A stretch of DNA of 62,862 nucleotides, counting the filler. It is 6 parts of 6 records of this genome, joined end to end, with 100 filler letters (N's around TTAATTAATTAA, not from the genome) between each part and the next. Parts side by side here need not be neighbours in the genome. Positions count along the whole stretch, not along the records: positions 1 to 9,616 come from SRR2962707_3535; positions 9,717 to 33,700 come from SRR2962707_3539; 4 more parts are not named here. One strand, given 5' to 3'. This document shows, one piece after another, positions 1 through 12,688 of this stretch. The notes under the pieces were generated by a model. That model searched no databases and had not been told where the DNA came from. It saw nothing but the letters and a program-made list of their open reading frames with translations. A program made the translations under genes and the position numbers. Within the stretch, counting starts at the first letter, position 1. Every line of letters begins with the position of its first letter.

Positions 1-205
1 GTGAGTGAGTTTTCGTGAGTCTTCGTGAGTGTGCGCGCGAGTCTTCGCGAGTCGGAGTGAGTCGTCTTCGTGAACGAGTCTGAGTGAATCTTCTTCGTCG
101 GCGAGTGAGTCCTCGTGAGTCGAGTGCTCGTGAGTGAGGAAGTGTTTGGGAGTTTTTGAGAGCGAGTAAGTCTTGGTGAGTGGCAGAACCTTCTTCGTGA
201 GTAGG
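1..205. repeat. Degenerate ~10-bp tandem repeat built on (TTC)GTGAGT/GCGAGT at the contig end
   Basis: GTGAGT/GCGAGT/ACGAGT recur many times in 1-205, often as TTCGTGAGT with roughly 10-nt spacing. Confidence 0.7.
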
Positions 206-593
206 TGCGTTTTTTTCGCTTGTCGGCTGTCTAGACCTGTGCTTTTCTTCTTCGCTTTCCCTTGTTCTGTCTGTCCTTCCGTTGTTGTGGGTGGGGTTCG
301 CAATCCTCCACTTTTCACTTGGGCGTACTTTTTTCTTTTGTGTTGCGCTCCTGCACGAAAGTGAGCTGAGGTGATCCAACAACAACGAAGCGAAGGGCCA
401 GTTGTGGAGGCGGTGGCGGTGGAGCGTTGAACTCCGGCACAGACAGACAGAGACAGCGTCTTAGTTGAGAGGCTGCTGTCTGCCTATCTGTGAGGAATGA
501 AGGTGCTGGGGTGACGACACCCGAGCGGTTCCAGCGAAATGGGTACTACGCAACGTGAGCAACAGATGCTCTGAGTTGGTAAGACCAGACAAA

Positions 594-3500
594 ATGGCCT
601 CGAAACGGAAGACTTCGACGCGCACTTCCCAGCGAGGAAGCCCAGGCGCGAGTCGCAGGGGATCGTCTAGGCCGCACTCGGCAGAACTTGTCCCGGTTGG
701 TGGAAGAATCGAGCATCTTCCCAGAGAGGGTGACAGGTTTGTGCGTGCATGTGCGTGTATGTCTGCCTGTCTGTTTGTCTGCTGCCACTCTATTTCGCTG
801 CCTCTTTGTCTCGCTGTCTGAGCATGTTGCCTCAACCGGTGTGCTTTCGAGCTTCCGGCAATCAAGTCAGAGTTTGACCTCTGCAAGACATCGTGTAGGG
901 GTTCTTTTGTGTGCCCTTTGATGATGTTCGTTCACGCATATTTCGCTCTGAACTGTGTTTTCACCTAGGGGAACCGGGAGTCACCCGGCAACGGGCGGAA
1001 GGCGTCCGAACTCGACGCCAAGCGGCAACCCGCAGCACCATCAACACAATCTCCCCGATAGAAGCGATTCTGACGCAGCGGAGCCAGGCACCTTTCTTAC
1101 TAGCATCGCTTCATCCTCTGAGGCAGCCCTTTCACCTGGCAGCCACCGCAGCACAGGGTCCTCTCCTCGCGAGCGACTGCCACAGAGCATCCGTGGCAGT
1201 GAGGGTGGAGACGGAGGGCATGGATCTTCCAACTCGAGTGATAGCGAAAGTGCGAGGCGCCGTGCCTTGTTGCTCGGGTCATCTCGAAGCGAGCAAGCTC
1301 GCGCTGATCTTCGGGCACATTTAACATCATTGACCGAGCGCAAGGACAGCCAAGGCAACCAACTCGTTTCATTCTCTGACAAGTTCATTCGCCAGGTGAA
1401 GGTAACATCATCGTCGTCTTCACCGCAACCGAATTCTGAGCGGGCAGGCGCCATGAACGACGTGCAATCTGACAATTATTCTGAGGACGAACCCGACAGT
1501 GACAATGACGACAGCTATTCGATGGATTCCGGAAGCTCCAGCGATGAAGAAATTGAAGATGAGCCCGAGGTGGCGCATATTTCTGCGATACTTCCCTCCA
1601 AACCAGAGCGCGATGCAGCAGGCGATGTAGGATCTCAGGCAGAAAGAAAGAACGCTGGGAAATTGCCGAAAAAGAAAAAAAAGCGGAGACGGAAGTCAAA
1701 GCGTCGAAAGGATGCAAAGCAGTCGCAAAAATGTAGCTCCGATAGTGATGGTCGGCTTGACTCTCGGTCCACCCTTGTTGCGTCTCCGCTTCGTTTCATC
1801 GACGAAGTCGAAGAGCAGGTCGACGAGGACCCCAATGCAGCCTTGAACACATTCAACCGACCTTCGTCCGCATTGTTAGTTGCTGAAGTGGTCGGTACAG
1901 GAGGTGTTGACGGGACTGCATCCAGTGCCGGGATCGGTGAGGTGGATGACGGGGGCGTCAAAGGGCTTCGGCATTGGCAAGCAGCAGTCGCTGCACAAAA
2001 TGTCAGGCGGGCGGAGATCATGGGTCCGTCGAAGAGTGACATTGCTCGAGCAGAACTGCGGGCACACCTCGCATCTCTTTCAACCAAAGTGGCGTTTTCA
2101 GAGGAATTTGTGAAGGAGGTTGAGGTTTGTTGTACACTTGCGATACGACTGTCACGATCCCCGACCTTGCGAATGTCGCACGGCGATAAATATCAGTGCA
2201 TTCTTGTTTGTTCATCGACATTTTTTACATCTTGCATGACGCTCTCAGGCGAGTGATCAAGCTGCTCGCTCTCGAGATGCTCGCGTGCAGCAGCTGCTCG
2301 AGGATGATGGGGGCGAGGAGGTGTTGTACGAAGATCGCAGTGACGATGACGAGCCTGATGGGGCTGCTGGGGCTTCATCTCAGGCTCTGTTGGGCAAGCG
2401 GCCAACTGAGACGCGGTCCAAGGGAGCTCCCCGCGAAGATGGACATTCACAGCTTGCTTTCGAGCCTGTGGATTTCAACGTCGCCTTGGAGCTAGGCCTT
2501 GATGCGGACGACGATGAATCAGCGTTGTCAAAAGAAGAGCGAGCACGGCTGGCTCGCCTGCTTGCGGATCCGGGCAAAGCTGGAGGAACTTCTGGCCACG
2601 GGTATGAACAAAACTTTTTGCTCACGGAAATGAATATTGTCTGCGTGAAAGTGTTGTTTTGCATTCTCGTGTAAACTGCGCTTTCTTGTGTGGCACATTG
2701 CATGGTGCACGCAGCCCCGATTTGGCCGAAGAAGAGTCCAAAATTCGCGACATTCAAGCCGCACAAAGGCGCCTCAAAGAGATTGATGCCCAACTGAGGT
2801 CTCTACAGACTCCGCGGATCTTGCCGAACTCCCTTCGAACGAAAACTTCTGAATCGGAACAGAGTGAAAACACCCCATTCGGCGTGTTGCGCACCAGTGA
2901 CAGCTTCCACAGTAGAATTTCAACGCAGGAGCAAAATGTGCCGCCTGTGTCTCCATCTCATTCGCTGAAAACAGCTACTGAATCCCCAAAGACTGCGTTG
3001 GCACTTGAGGACAGCAGCAAAGAGAAAGACAACGCAAGCGATGTGTACGTTTTGACTCCATCTCCCCGCGCTCGCATTGTCACTGTGTTTGCGTGATGCG
3101 TATTCAAAATTGTCATTTCTGCCCATTGTTAGGGAAACGTCGCCTGCAAAACAGCTGGCACTTCGCAAAGAGAAACGTCTCCAGCGTGAGCGACTAAAAG
3201 ATATTGACAAGCGCCTGGCCCAACTTCGCGCTTCAGATCATAATGGTGATGTCGCGAAGAACTTGCTCCCACGAGAGCACATTGATTGTATGGTCCGAGA
3301 AATGGGCCAGGAGTACACGGTGTGTGTGAACAAAGTTGACCCTGCGAGGCACACTCTCTGATTTCGACACTGGCCATGTTGCCCACACTCGCTGCAATGA
3401 CCCGCTTTCTCTCCACCCTTGCAGATTGGCGCAGTTCCCGTCGCTGCTCGCGCTGACATTCAGAGCCTTATAAGTGACCTCCTTAACGCTTCTGACCGCA

Positions 3501-4327
3501 AGCCAAGCGCTGCAGCAGTACGTCGCGAAGTGTTACAAGGCCATTCAAATTTGTGTGCAAACCTTGATCTCATTTTGTACCGATCGCATCTGGCTGTGCA
3601 GGCAAGTGGAACGTTCAGTTTCTTGGACTCCTTGTCTGCGCGAGCACGAGCAACAAAACCGCGCCCCTTAGACTCGCTCACTGTCGCTGATGTCGTGGCG
3701 CTAGTTTCTTCCCAACCCGCAACGACTCCATTTGCTCCCGAATTAGAGCGGCACGCAGTCAACGGGAAAACAATATCGAAGATAACAATGCGCGACCTCA
3801 TGGCAATGGAGGTAGGATCCATGGTCCAACGACGTGCGCTGCTGAAACTCGTGGACCGAAGCAAGCGAGAGGGTGTTCCTTTAGCCCGGCTTCAGAGTGG
3901 TGAAAATGCCAAGAGGTCTGGAACTCCACGGTCCAATGGACCCGTTGCCCGGACGATTAGTCCCAAGATATCTCGACCAGGAAACGGCCATCACACGCCA
4001 CCGAGCGGAAGCAGTAGTGGAAGCCCAAGGACACGGTTTCTTCGCGGAGCGAAAACAACCAAAGCAACTGGCGACTCAACGGTAAGTGGGGCTGGGCGGT
4101 TCCGGAAAAGCCGACAAGATACTGGTCCGCAAGAAAGCCGAGGCGGCACGCCTACGAGTAGCGAACCCGTGACGCTGAGGGAGACAGTGACGCAGCTACG
4201 TGATCGTGGACGAAAGGCAATGGGGGCAACACTCGGCACGAAGGCAGCTGCCGCTGCAAGGAAGGCTGCCCAAGCGAGAACAAAAGGGGTTTCACCAAAG
4301 CGTGAATTCAGTACAGCGAGAAAGTAA
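594..4327 (+). CDS. Eukaryotic multi-exon gene: low-complexity/coiled-coil protein with a C-terminal SAM domain
   Basis: Phase-compatible GT-AG exon model: 594-736, 969-2124, 2249-2601, 2715-3044, 3133-3319, 3425-4327 (possible extra in-frame intron 3518-3601). The segment LDSLTVADVVALVS..PFAPELERHAVNGKTISKITMRDLMAMEVGSMVQRRALLKLV fits the SAM pattern. Confidence 0.7.
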
Positions 4328-4474
4328 TCTTTAGATGTAAGTAAGTATGTGTGCGTCAAATCCGTTGGCTGTGCAACTCATAAGGTCTGGCTGGCACACG
4401 CGAAGTTGTCACGCCGGAGAATTAATTGCCATGCTTGCAGCGAGCAGCTTGAAACTGAAACAGTATTGCGCCAA

Positions 4475-7400
4475 CTACAACAGCGGTTTTGTCATTCCGT
4501 TGGATGCGTCTGAGAGCCGAATGTTACTACTGCCATTGATAGACAGATCATTAGCGCGAGTTGAGGGCTGCATTTGTGGCTGTTCAGCGTTCAGGACACC
4601 AGAAAAAGATAAGCCAGTGCGTCGAACGAATAGTGAATCGCAGGGTATGATGGTGCGCAACCATGGAAATCGACTCACCACGCGACCTCGCTTGCAACAC
4701 TTGAAAACCGGGGAGTTGCCACAGCGCACAAAACTACGTCGGATGTTGTCACCCCAGTTCTTGCAGTTTCGATCATGCGAAGTGAAGTACAAAATAATCA
4801 AGAATATTCCCGTGCAGAAGTAGACAGTGGCAAAGGTAGGAGCGAACTCGCTGATGCTGTCTGAGATTCCTGGCACGCCCTGAATAGTTGAACAAAAACG
4901 AACGAGCCAAACAAGAGCCCGTCAACAGCATGCACGCATGTGCCACACACAACGATGGGACAATGCCAACTCCCTGCATGTGTGTATAAACTCTCGGGGA
5001 GCACTAACCAGCCCGGGTTTGATCTCGTTTCCAACGATCTTGTAAGAGTGAATCACTCCGAAGAAAGAGAAAACTGCCCCCAAGAACATCCAGACAGCTG
5101 CAGACTCGAATTTGTTGTCCAGAACATACACCAATGTGCTCGACAGGATTATGCCAATAAGGAGGTACCTTCAAGAAAAATGATAAAACCAGCATTCAAT
5201 CAGAAACCCTGACAGCAGTTGACGATGTTCCAAGGCCAGCTATCCGCATCCGCACCCCTGGGCAAGGCTCATAATTCCGTAGACAAAGGTCCCACCAATC
5301 GTCAGCTCAGCAGAAATGGCCTCCAGGCTAGTGTAGTTAATAAGAAGGTTCACGTCGTGTTCTGAAAGCTCTGTGCTGTTGGCCATCACTGCATGTGCTG
5401 CATCCACCGTTCCCGTGATAAACGCGAGCGCCCAAGCAGAGATCGGCGGCAACAATCCAACGACAACTGCGGCGGAGTAGTCAAACGCATTGTTCTCCTT
5501 TGCAAACGCCTGTTTGGTGACCAGGATGCCAATCCACATCAGGAACCCAACCCCTGCAGGAAGAGGAATATACCTTCAGCGGCACAATGCAGCACACGCA
5601 ACAGCTGAGCAAGCACTTCGATGAGTTGTGCCAGGAACAAAAGCAAGCATTTCGATGGGCCAAGCCAGCACCAATGGAACTCACTTGGCCACCGCTGTCA
5701 TGGCGCCACTAAATCCTAGAGCACCAAGAATCACGGCACTGCCGAGAGCATAACCTGTACGAATTCCTGATGCTTTGAATGCACTTTGCCCGATGAAAAT
5801 TCCCGTTGGGAACGGGTTCCCAAAACAGGCAGAAATCATCGTCACAAGTGCGTCCGCCACAAGAGACTACGAAGCAGGACGGAACAAAAATGCAGCATCA
5901 GAACTCCAGGTCACGAAAAACTGGCGGCTGACAAACCACAGCCAATTTCCCCACCCTGAACCTGCCCACAAGGACCGGCAATAATCCCAACCGCTTCCAC
6001 CACCACCAACGTCCACGCAAGCAATGCAACAAACGGGTTCAGCAAGTAAGCCAAACCACAGCGTCACCAACCTGCCAGCGGGAAAAATTATCGCCGACAG
6101 TGTGAGCGGTCTCGATGTTGGCAAGATTCTGGACAAGATTCACGAGGAACATCGGAAAGATGACTGGGAAGTAAGACCAGCCAAGACCCGTAAAAGCACT
6201 GCCGAGGATGCTGAACTGCGGAGGTGGCAGCACGAAGTGAATGCTGACGTTGCCAGCCATTGGCTGAAACTCGTCATAGGTCGTGATTGTATTTCGTAGC
6301 CAAATTAGGAGCCAGGCCAGAATAGTGCCAATGACCAAGCTCACAAGTCCAGCGGGAAGGTTCCACGGTAAGCGCGTGTTCGAAGCGTAGATGATGAGAC
6401 AGAACAGCATCGGAAACAAGGCATACGAGGGGCTTTGATATATCTCGAACAAAAAGTTCAAAGAAATATAAGTCAACGACACGCCTGCCACCGTGCTGAG
6501 CATTGCCTCGCGGGGGATAATCTTCACCACGAAGCGGACCACTGGCACTGCCACCTTTCGTTAAACGCAATCACATCAACACGAATATCGTCACTGACAT
6601 GCATCATCAAAAATGAATCTGTGGTGTGGTGGTGGTGTGGGGGGCAACCAGGGCCATGCACATCGTCGCCACTTCGTACCAGCTGCATCAGGCCACTCAT
6701 AAAACCAGCAAAGCATCCAGCGCCCCAAGCCTTTTCGAAGTCGCCCGTCTCGTCATAGACGGGTTTCATCACCAAAAGTGCAAAGGCGTACAACAACACA
6801 ATGTTGACACCGTGAATCTGGGAAGTTACATCAATTCGCCGTTCTGCAAACTTCATGCGCAGCCCTTGTGCCCAGAAAAAGCCGTTGCCGAGCAGGTAAG
6901 CCAACCCCATGGCAGGAATCACTCCATCCAACGCAACACTGGGTGGCATGCCACAGGCGGTCACCAACAATTGCACTGTCAGAAGCATCTGTGTCAGTCC
7001 ACCCAGCAGCTGCGAACAAATGCCGTCCAGGTCACGGACGACAAACCAGCCACAAGGGTCAAACCAACGATGTTTTGGGGCCATGGTAAGGGCCATTTCT
7101 GGTGTCACCTGCAAGTTGGTGATGCTGTGGGACTCGAGACCGAGCACTGCGGTTGTGTGCGCCCACCCGCAGGACACACGAACACTTTCGATGGAGATAT
7201 TCGGCAAAACCATGCCTGACAGCACCTGGCAAGCAGAAGCAGGAAACGTCGTTAACAAGCAACATAACAGGGCTATTGGACCCAGCAGTTATCACCGACG
7301 ACCGCCTAGCTGGCAACGAACTTGTGTCGGTTGAGCCTTCGAGTCCAAACTTGGCAGCCCAAGTTGGCCATCATCACCGCGACCCCACGCGTAGACTTTC

Positions 7401-9481
7401 AGCGTCGGTTGCAACTGCAAATCCATCACCAAACCAGCTTCTGCGGCAGCTGCTGCTTCAGCTGCTGCAAGGTTGTTGCTGCTGCGGCGGAGCATCGCCC
7501 CTGCACTGGCTTGACCAGGCACTTTTGCTGCTGCAGCGCAAACACACAGAGAGTGCCGCCCCCCGGCAGCCAGAGCAAGAACTGGAAGCCCCCGCAGCGC
7601 TGGCACCGGCTGAGGGTGCAAACTGTATCGTCCAGCCACACGGGATCCAATCGGGGCCTGCATTCCAAGCTGACCATACCTGCGCAAACCAGCAATAGAC
7701 CCCATCCCCAAAAGTGAAACCGAAAAATCTACAACACAGGGTCGTCATCACCATAGCTGACTCATGTCGACACGCACTGGTTCCAGCCCCAGGCGAGCGT
7801 TTGAACAGTGTCGGGATCAAATGTACTGTCTGCGGTTGTGTCCGCAAACCGTTCGTCCAAAAGATTCAATTTCCCCTCCGACAATAAGAGCACCTCTCCT
7901 GGAGACAGCTTCCGAACACAGCACAGACTGTGGCGATACCCAGCTGCAATTTTGATCACGGCAAATTTCGAGTAGTTTGCGTACCTACCGGATGTAGTTC
8001 ACGAAGTCAGCACGCAGCAAATCGATGTTATTCGAGACTCAGGCATTGGAAGTTGTCGGCGCAATCCCAGCGTAGCAAATAAACTCGAAAACAGACAGTG
8101 TTTTTTGGGGAACGGCTAATATAGCAAACAACGACATGAAGCATGTTGCGTTGCTGCTGGCAGTAACACACTGCGCTACGTACGGGATCCTGCCGCTGGC
8201 TTGAAACGCAGGAGCTTGGTCTGGCTCCGAATCAGCGCGTGCTTTTGTCACAGTCAACTCATCAGCGCGGCTCATCGCGGCAACTGCCGCGTCGCGGGCA
8301 GCTTGGGACGTGTTCCTATTTTGGCGCACGTCGCGACTCCCGAGCCCATCGCGTGACTTGTTGCCACCTCCACCAGGACCGCCAGCGTTGTCACCAAAGC
8401 TGGATGTACGGTCGTCTGACAGGACTGTGCCAATAGTCCGGGCTTTGGATGATGCCGGCCTGACAAGCGATCCAAGTGGCGTATCACTGTCTTGGGGAGT
8501 CCGATCCGACGGCGACGCCATCGACGCAGCAGCTGGCCTGTTTCCTCCTTGCGTAAATGTAATGGGACGTGTTTCATTAATGTCGAACGACCGAGCAGTA
8601 CTGCGATTCCCACCAAAGCTGTCAAACGATGGAAACACCACGAACGTTGGCGCTGGACGACTTTCTCTATCGCCAGTGCCAAGCTGGCCGTAAATACCCC
8701 ACCCCCAGCAGAACAAAGCTCCGTCAGACAGCTGGCAAAGAGTATGTCGAGAACCACATGATATGTCCATCACCTGATCCACAAGTGGGAACCCTTCCAG
8801 TCGCCGCGGAGTCTCGTGACTCACATAATTTCCATGACCGAGAGATCCGTCATCTCCGCAGCCCCACGAGAAAATGCTTCGACGATCCTGCGAAACCGCC
8901 AGAGAAAACATGCGCCCGCATGCCACCTTGCCAATCTTAGTGGACTCTGCAAGGGTGCGGACAATGCGGGGTTCACAACGAGTGCGACGTTGTAAACTTC
9001 CATCATTCTTTTGCTGATCTTCGCCGGGAGCAGGGCCACTGTCACCGAGCTGCCCATCATCATCGCGCCCCCAGCAATACACCAGTCCCTCGTCGTCCAC
9101 GGCCAGAGCATGGGACCCTCTGGTGGCAATGTCAACGATGGTCTTGTCAGCAAAGGCTTGCACCACCTGCGGCCGAGTCTGCAGGTTGGTGTCATACCCC
9201 AGCTGACCGTCGTCGCCGCGTCCATGGGTGAACACGCGGCCTTTGTCAGACAATATCATCGTAAATCGACTGCCGCAAGCGATGTTCGCAGGTCGCATTG
9301 ACTCAGCCACCACGTGCGGACGGATACGTCCGATTGTATCACCCACTCCCAACTGCCCGTTGGCGTTGGCGCCCCAGGCGACAGTCTGCAGCATCGGCTT
9401 CTCGTCATCGCTTCGCTTTCGCTGCTGCGCTCCAGCAGCACCAGCCCTGCCCGACTCACCCTGATCGGAACTAGCGCTCAT
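4475..9481 (-). CDS. Eukaryotic 9-exon gene: N-terminal 7x RCC1-repeat beta-propeller fused to an AzgA/NCS2-like (xanthine/uracil/vitamin C permease-related) membrane transporter, ~1318 aa
   Basis: Exons on the minus strand: 9481-8184, 7984-7778, 7679-7322, 7225-6680, 6554-6072, 5866-5685, 5573-5256, 5168-5009, 4879-4475. All introns are GT-AG and phase-compatible; total 3957 nt, divisible by 3. RCC1 motifs: WGANANGQLG, HGRGDDGQLG, WGRDDDGQLG, WGCGDDGSLG, WGWGIYGQLG, WGWNQYGQLG, WGRGDDGQLG. Permease motifs: WFVVRDLDG, PREAMLSTVAGVSLTYIS, NIETAHTVGDNF, FGNPFPTGIFIG, LMWIGILVTKQAF, SFFGVIHSY. Confidence 0.82.
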
Positions 9482-9576
9482 GGCTGGACGGAGACGCACC
9501 GACGAGCGCCGCCACCGACTCCGAAATTCGGCAGGAAATTAGCCAATCAGATTCGGAATCACAAACAATAAAAAAT

Positions 9577-9616
9577 TAAGCAGAAGAGAAGAAGAAAAAG
9601 AAGAAGAAGAAAAAGA
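9577..9616. repeat. (GAA)/A-rich microsatellite at the contig end
   Basis: agcagaagagaagaagaaaaagaagaagaagaaaaaga immediately before the gap. Confidence 0.7.
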
Positions 9617-9716
9617 NNNNNNNNNNNNNNNNNNNNNNNNNNNNNNNNNNNNNNNNNNNNTTAATTAATTAANNNNNNNNNNNNNNNNNNNNNNNNNNNN
9701 NNNNNNNNNNNNNNNN
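9617..9716. other. Artificial contig linker (N-TTAATTAATTAA-N, six-frame stop)
   Basis: Identical 100-nt linker occurs five times in the window; TTAATTAATTAA gives stop codons in all six frames. Confidence 0.97.
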
Positions 9717-9717
9717 C

Positions 9718-10323
<606 letters not shown>

Positions 10324-10329
10324 ACAAAT

Positions 10330-10355
10330 CGGCGGATCTAATGGTCCGCCGTTTC
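10330..10355 (+). terminator. Hairpin after mdh (possible weak terminator or RNA-stabilising stem)
   Basis: CGGCGGA-TCTAATGG-TCCGCCG followed by TTTC. Confidence 0.5.
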
Positions 10356-10386
10356 TCTAAGTGATTTTCCAAAACAGGACGTTTCT

Positions 10387-11580
<1,194 letters not shown>

Positions 11581-11627
11581 TCTTAGCGCTTCCCCACTCA
11601 TTTTCAGAAAAATTATAGGCACAGAAT

Positions 11628-12548
11628 ATGTCCATTCTCATTGACAAAAACACCAAGATTATCGTTCAAGGTTTGACCGGTAAAACTGGCACGTTCCACA
11701 CAGAACAGGCGCTGAACTATTTCGGCACTAAAATGGTTGCAGGTATCCACCCTAAAAAGGGCGGCGAAACTTGGACGGCAGGCGAAGGCGCTGGCTCTGC
11801 AGCTGGCACTGAATTGCCGATCTACTCAACGGTTGCAGAAGCGAAAAAAGCAACGGGCGCAAACGCCTCTGTTGTTTATGTTCCGCCAGCAGGCGCAGCA
11901 GCGGCGATCATTGAAGCGATCGACGCTAAAATCCCGCTTATCATTTGTATCACTGAAGGTATTCCGGTGATGGATATGGTGAATGTGAAAGCGAAATTGG
12001 ATAAATCCAAATCTCGCCTCATCGGCCCTAACTGCCCAGGCGTTATGACACCTGACGAATGCAAAATCGGCATCATGCCAGGCAACATCTTCAAAAAAGG
12101 CTCTGTGGGCATTTTGTCTCGCTCAGGCACGCTGACGTATGAAGCTGTTTTCCAGACAACCAATGAAGGCCTTGGCCAGTCATCGGCTGTGGGCATTGGC
12201 GGCGACCCTGTGAAGGGCACTGAATTTATCGATATGCTTGACCTGTTCTTGGACGATCCAGAAACAGAAAGCATCATCATGATCGGTGAAATCGGCGGCT
12301 CTGCGGAAGAAGAAGCCTGTGAATGGTTGATCGAGCAGGCGAAAGCTGGCCGCAAAAAACCAATGGTTGGCTTTATCGCTGGTCGTACGGCACCGGCAGG
12401 ACGCACAATGGGCCATGCGGGCGCTGTGATTTCTGGCGGCAAAGGCGGCGCAGAAGACAAAATTGCTGCAATGGAAGCAGCAGGCATTCGCGTTTCTCCA
12501 TCACCGGCGAAATTGGGCGTCACACTTGTTGACGTTTTGAAGGGCTAA
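11628..12548 (+). CDS. sucD: Succinyl-CoA ligase alpha subunit
   Basis: [36 protein letters not shown] (phospho-His motif). Confidence 0.98.
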   Translation: MSILIDKNTKIIVQGLTGKTGTFHTEQALNYFGTKMVAGIHPKKGGETWTAGEGAGSAAGTELPIYSTVAEAKKATGANASVVYVPPAGAAAAIIEAIDAKIPLIICITEGIPVMDMVNVKAKLDKSKSRLIGPNCPGVMTPDECKIGIMPGNIFKKGSVGILSRSGTLTYEAVFQTTNEGLGQSSAVGIGGDPVKGTEFIDMLDLFLDDPETESIIMIGEIGGSAEEEACEWLIEQAKAGRKKPMVGFIAGRTAPAGRTMGHAGAVISGGKGGAEDKIAAMEAAGIRVSPSPAKLGVTLVDVLKG

Positions 12549-12555
12549 TATTGCA

Positions 12556-12576
12556 GGGCGCGCTTATGGCGCGCCC
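12556..12576 (+). terminator. GC-rich hairpin between sucD and sucA
   Basis: GGGCGCGC-TTATG-GCGCGCCC; only a weak U-tract follows. Confidence 0.45.
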
Positions 12577-12688
12577 GCTCACTTTTGGCGGCGCTGCCGC
12601 AGTCAAGCCGTATTGCGGCATATTATGTGAAACCGCAAAAGCGGTATGAATTGCAAAGGAGACGGAGTTTTTCCGTTTAGGTCACCCA

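Noticed and set aside
7150-9481. RCC1 domain as a UVR8-type UV-B photoreceptor
   Set aside because: Some blades resemble UVR8 (GWGIYGQ, GWNQYGQ, GRGDDGQ), but the three GWRHT motifs that supply the Trp triad are absent: only one GWAHT, with GSRHT, GYRHS and GGRHS at the other positions.
9661-9672. TTAATTAATTAA as a biological repeat or CRISPR-like element
   Set aside because: It is a synthetic six-frame stop spacer embedded in Ns. No repeat-spacer array or cas gene was seen anywhere in the window.
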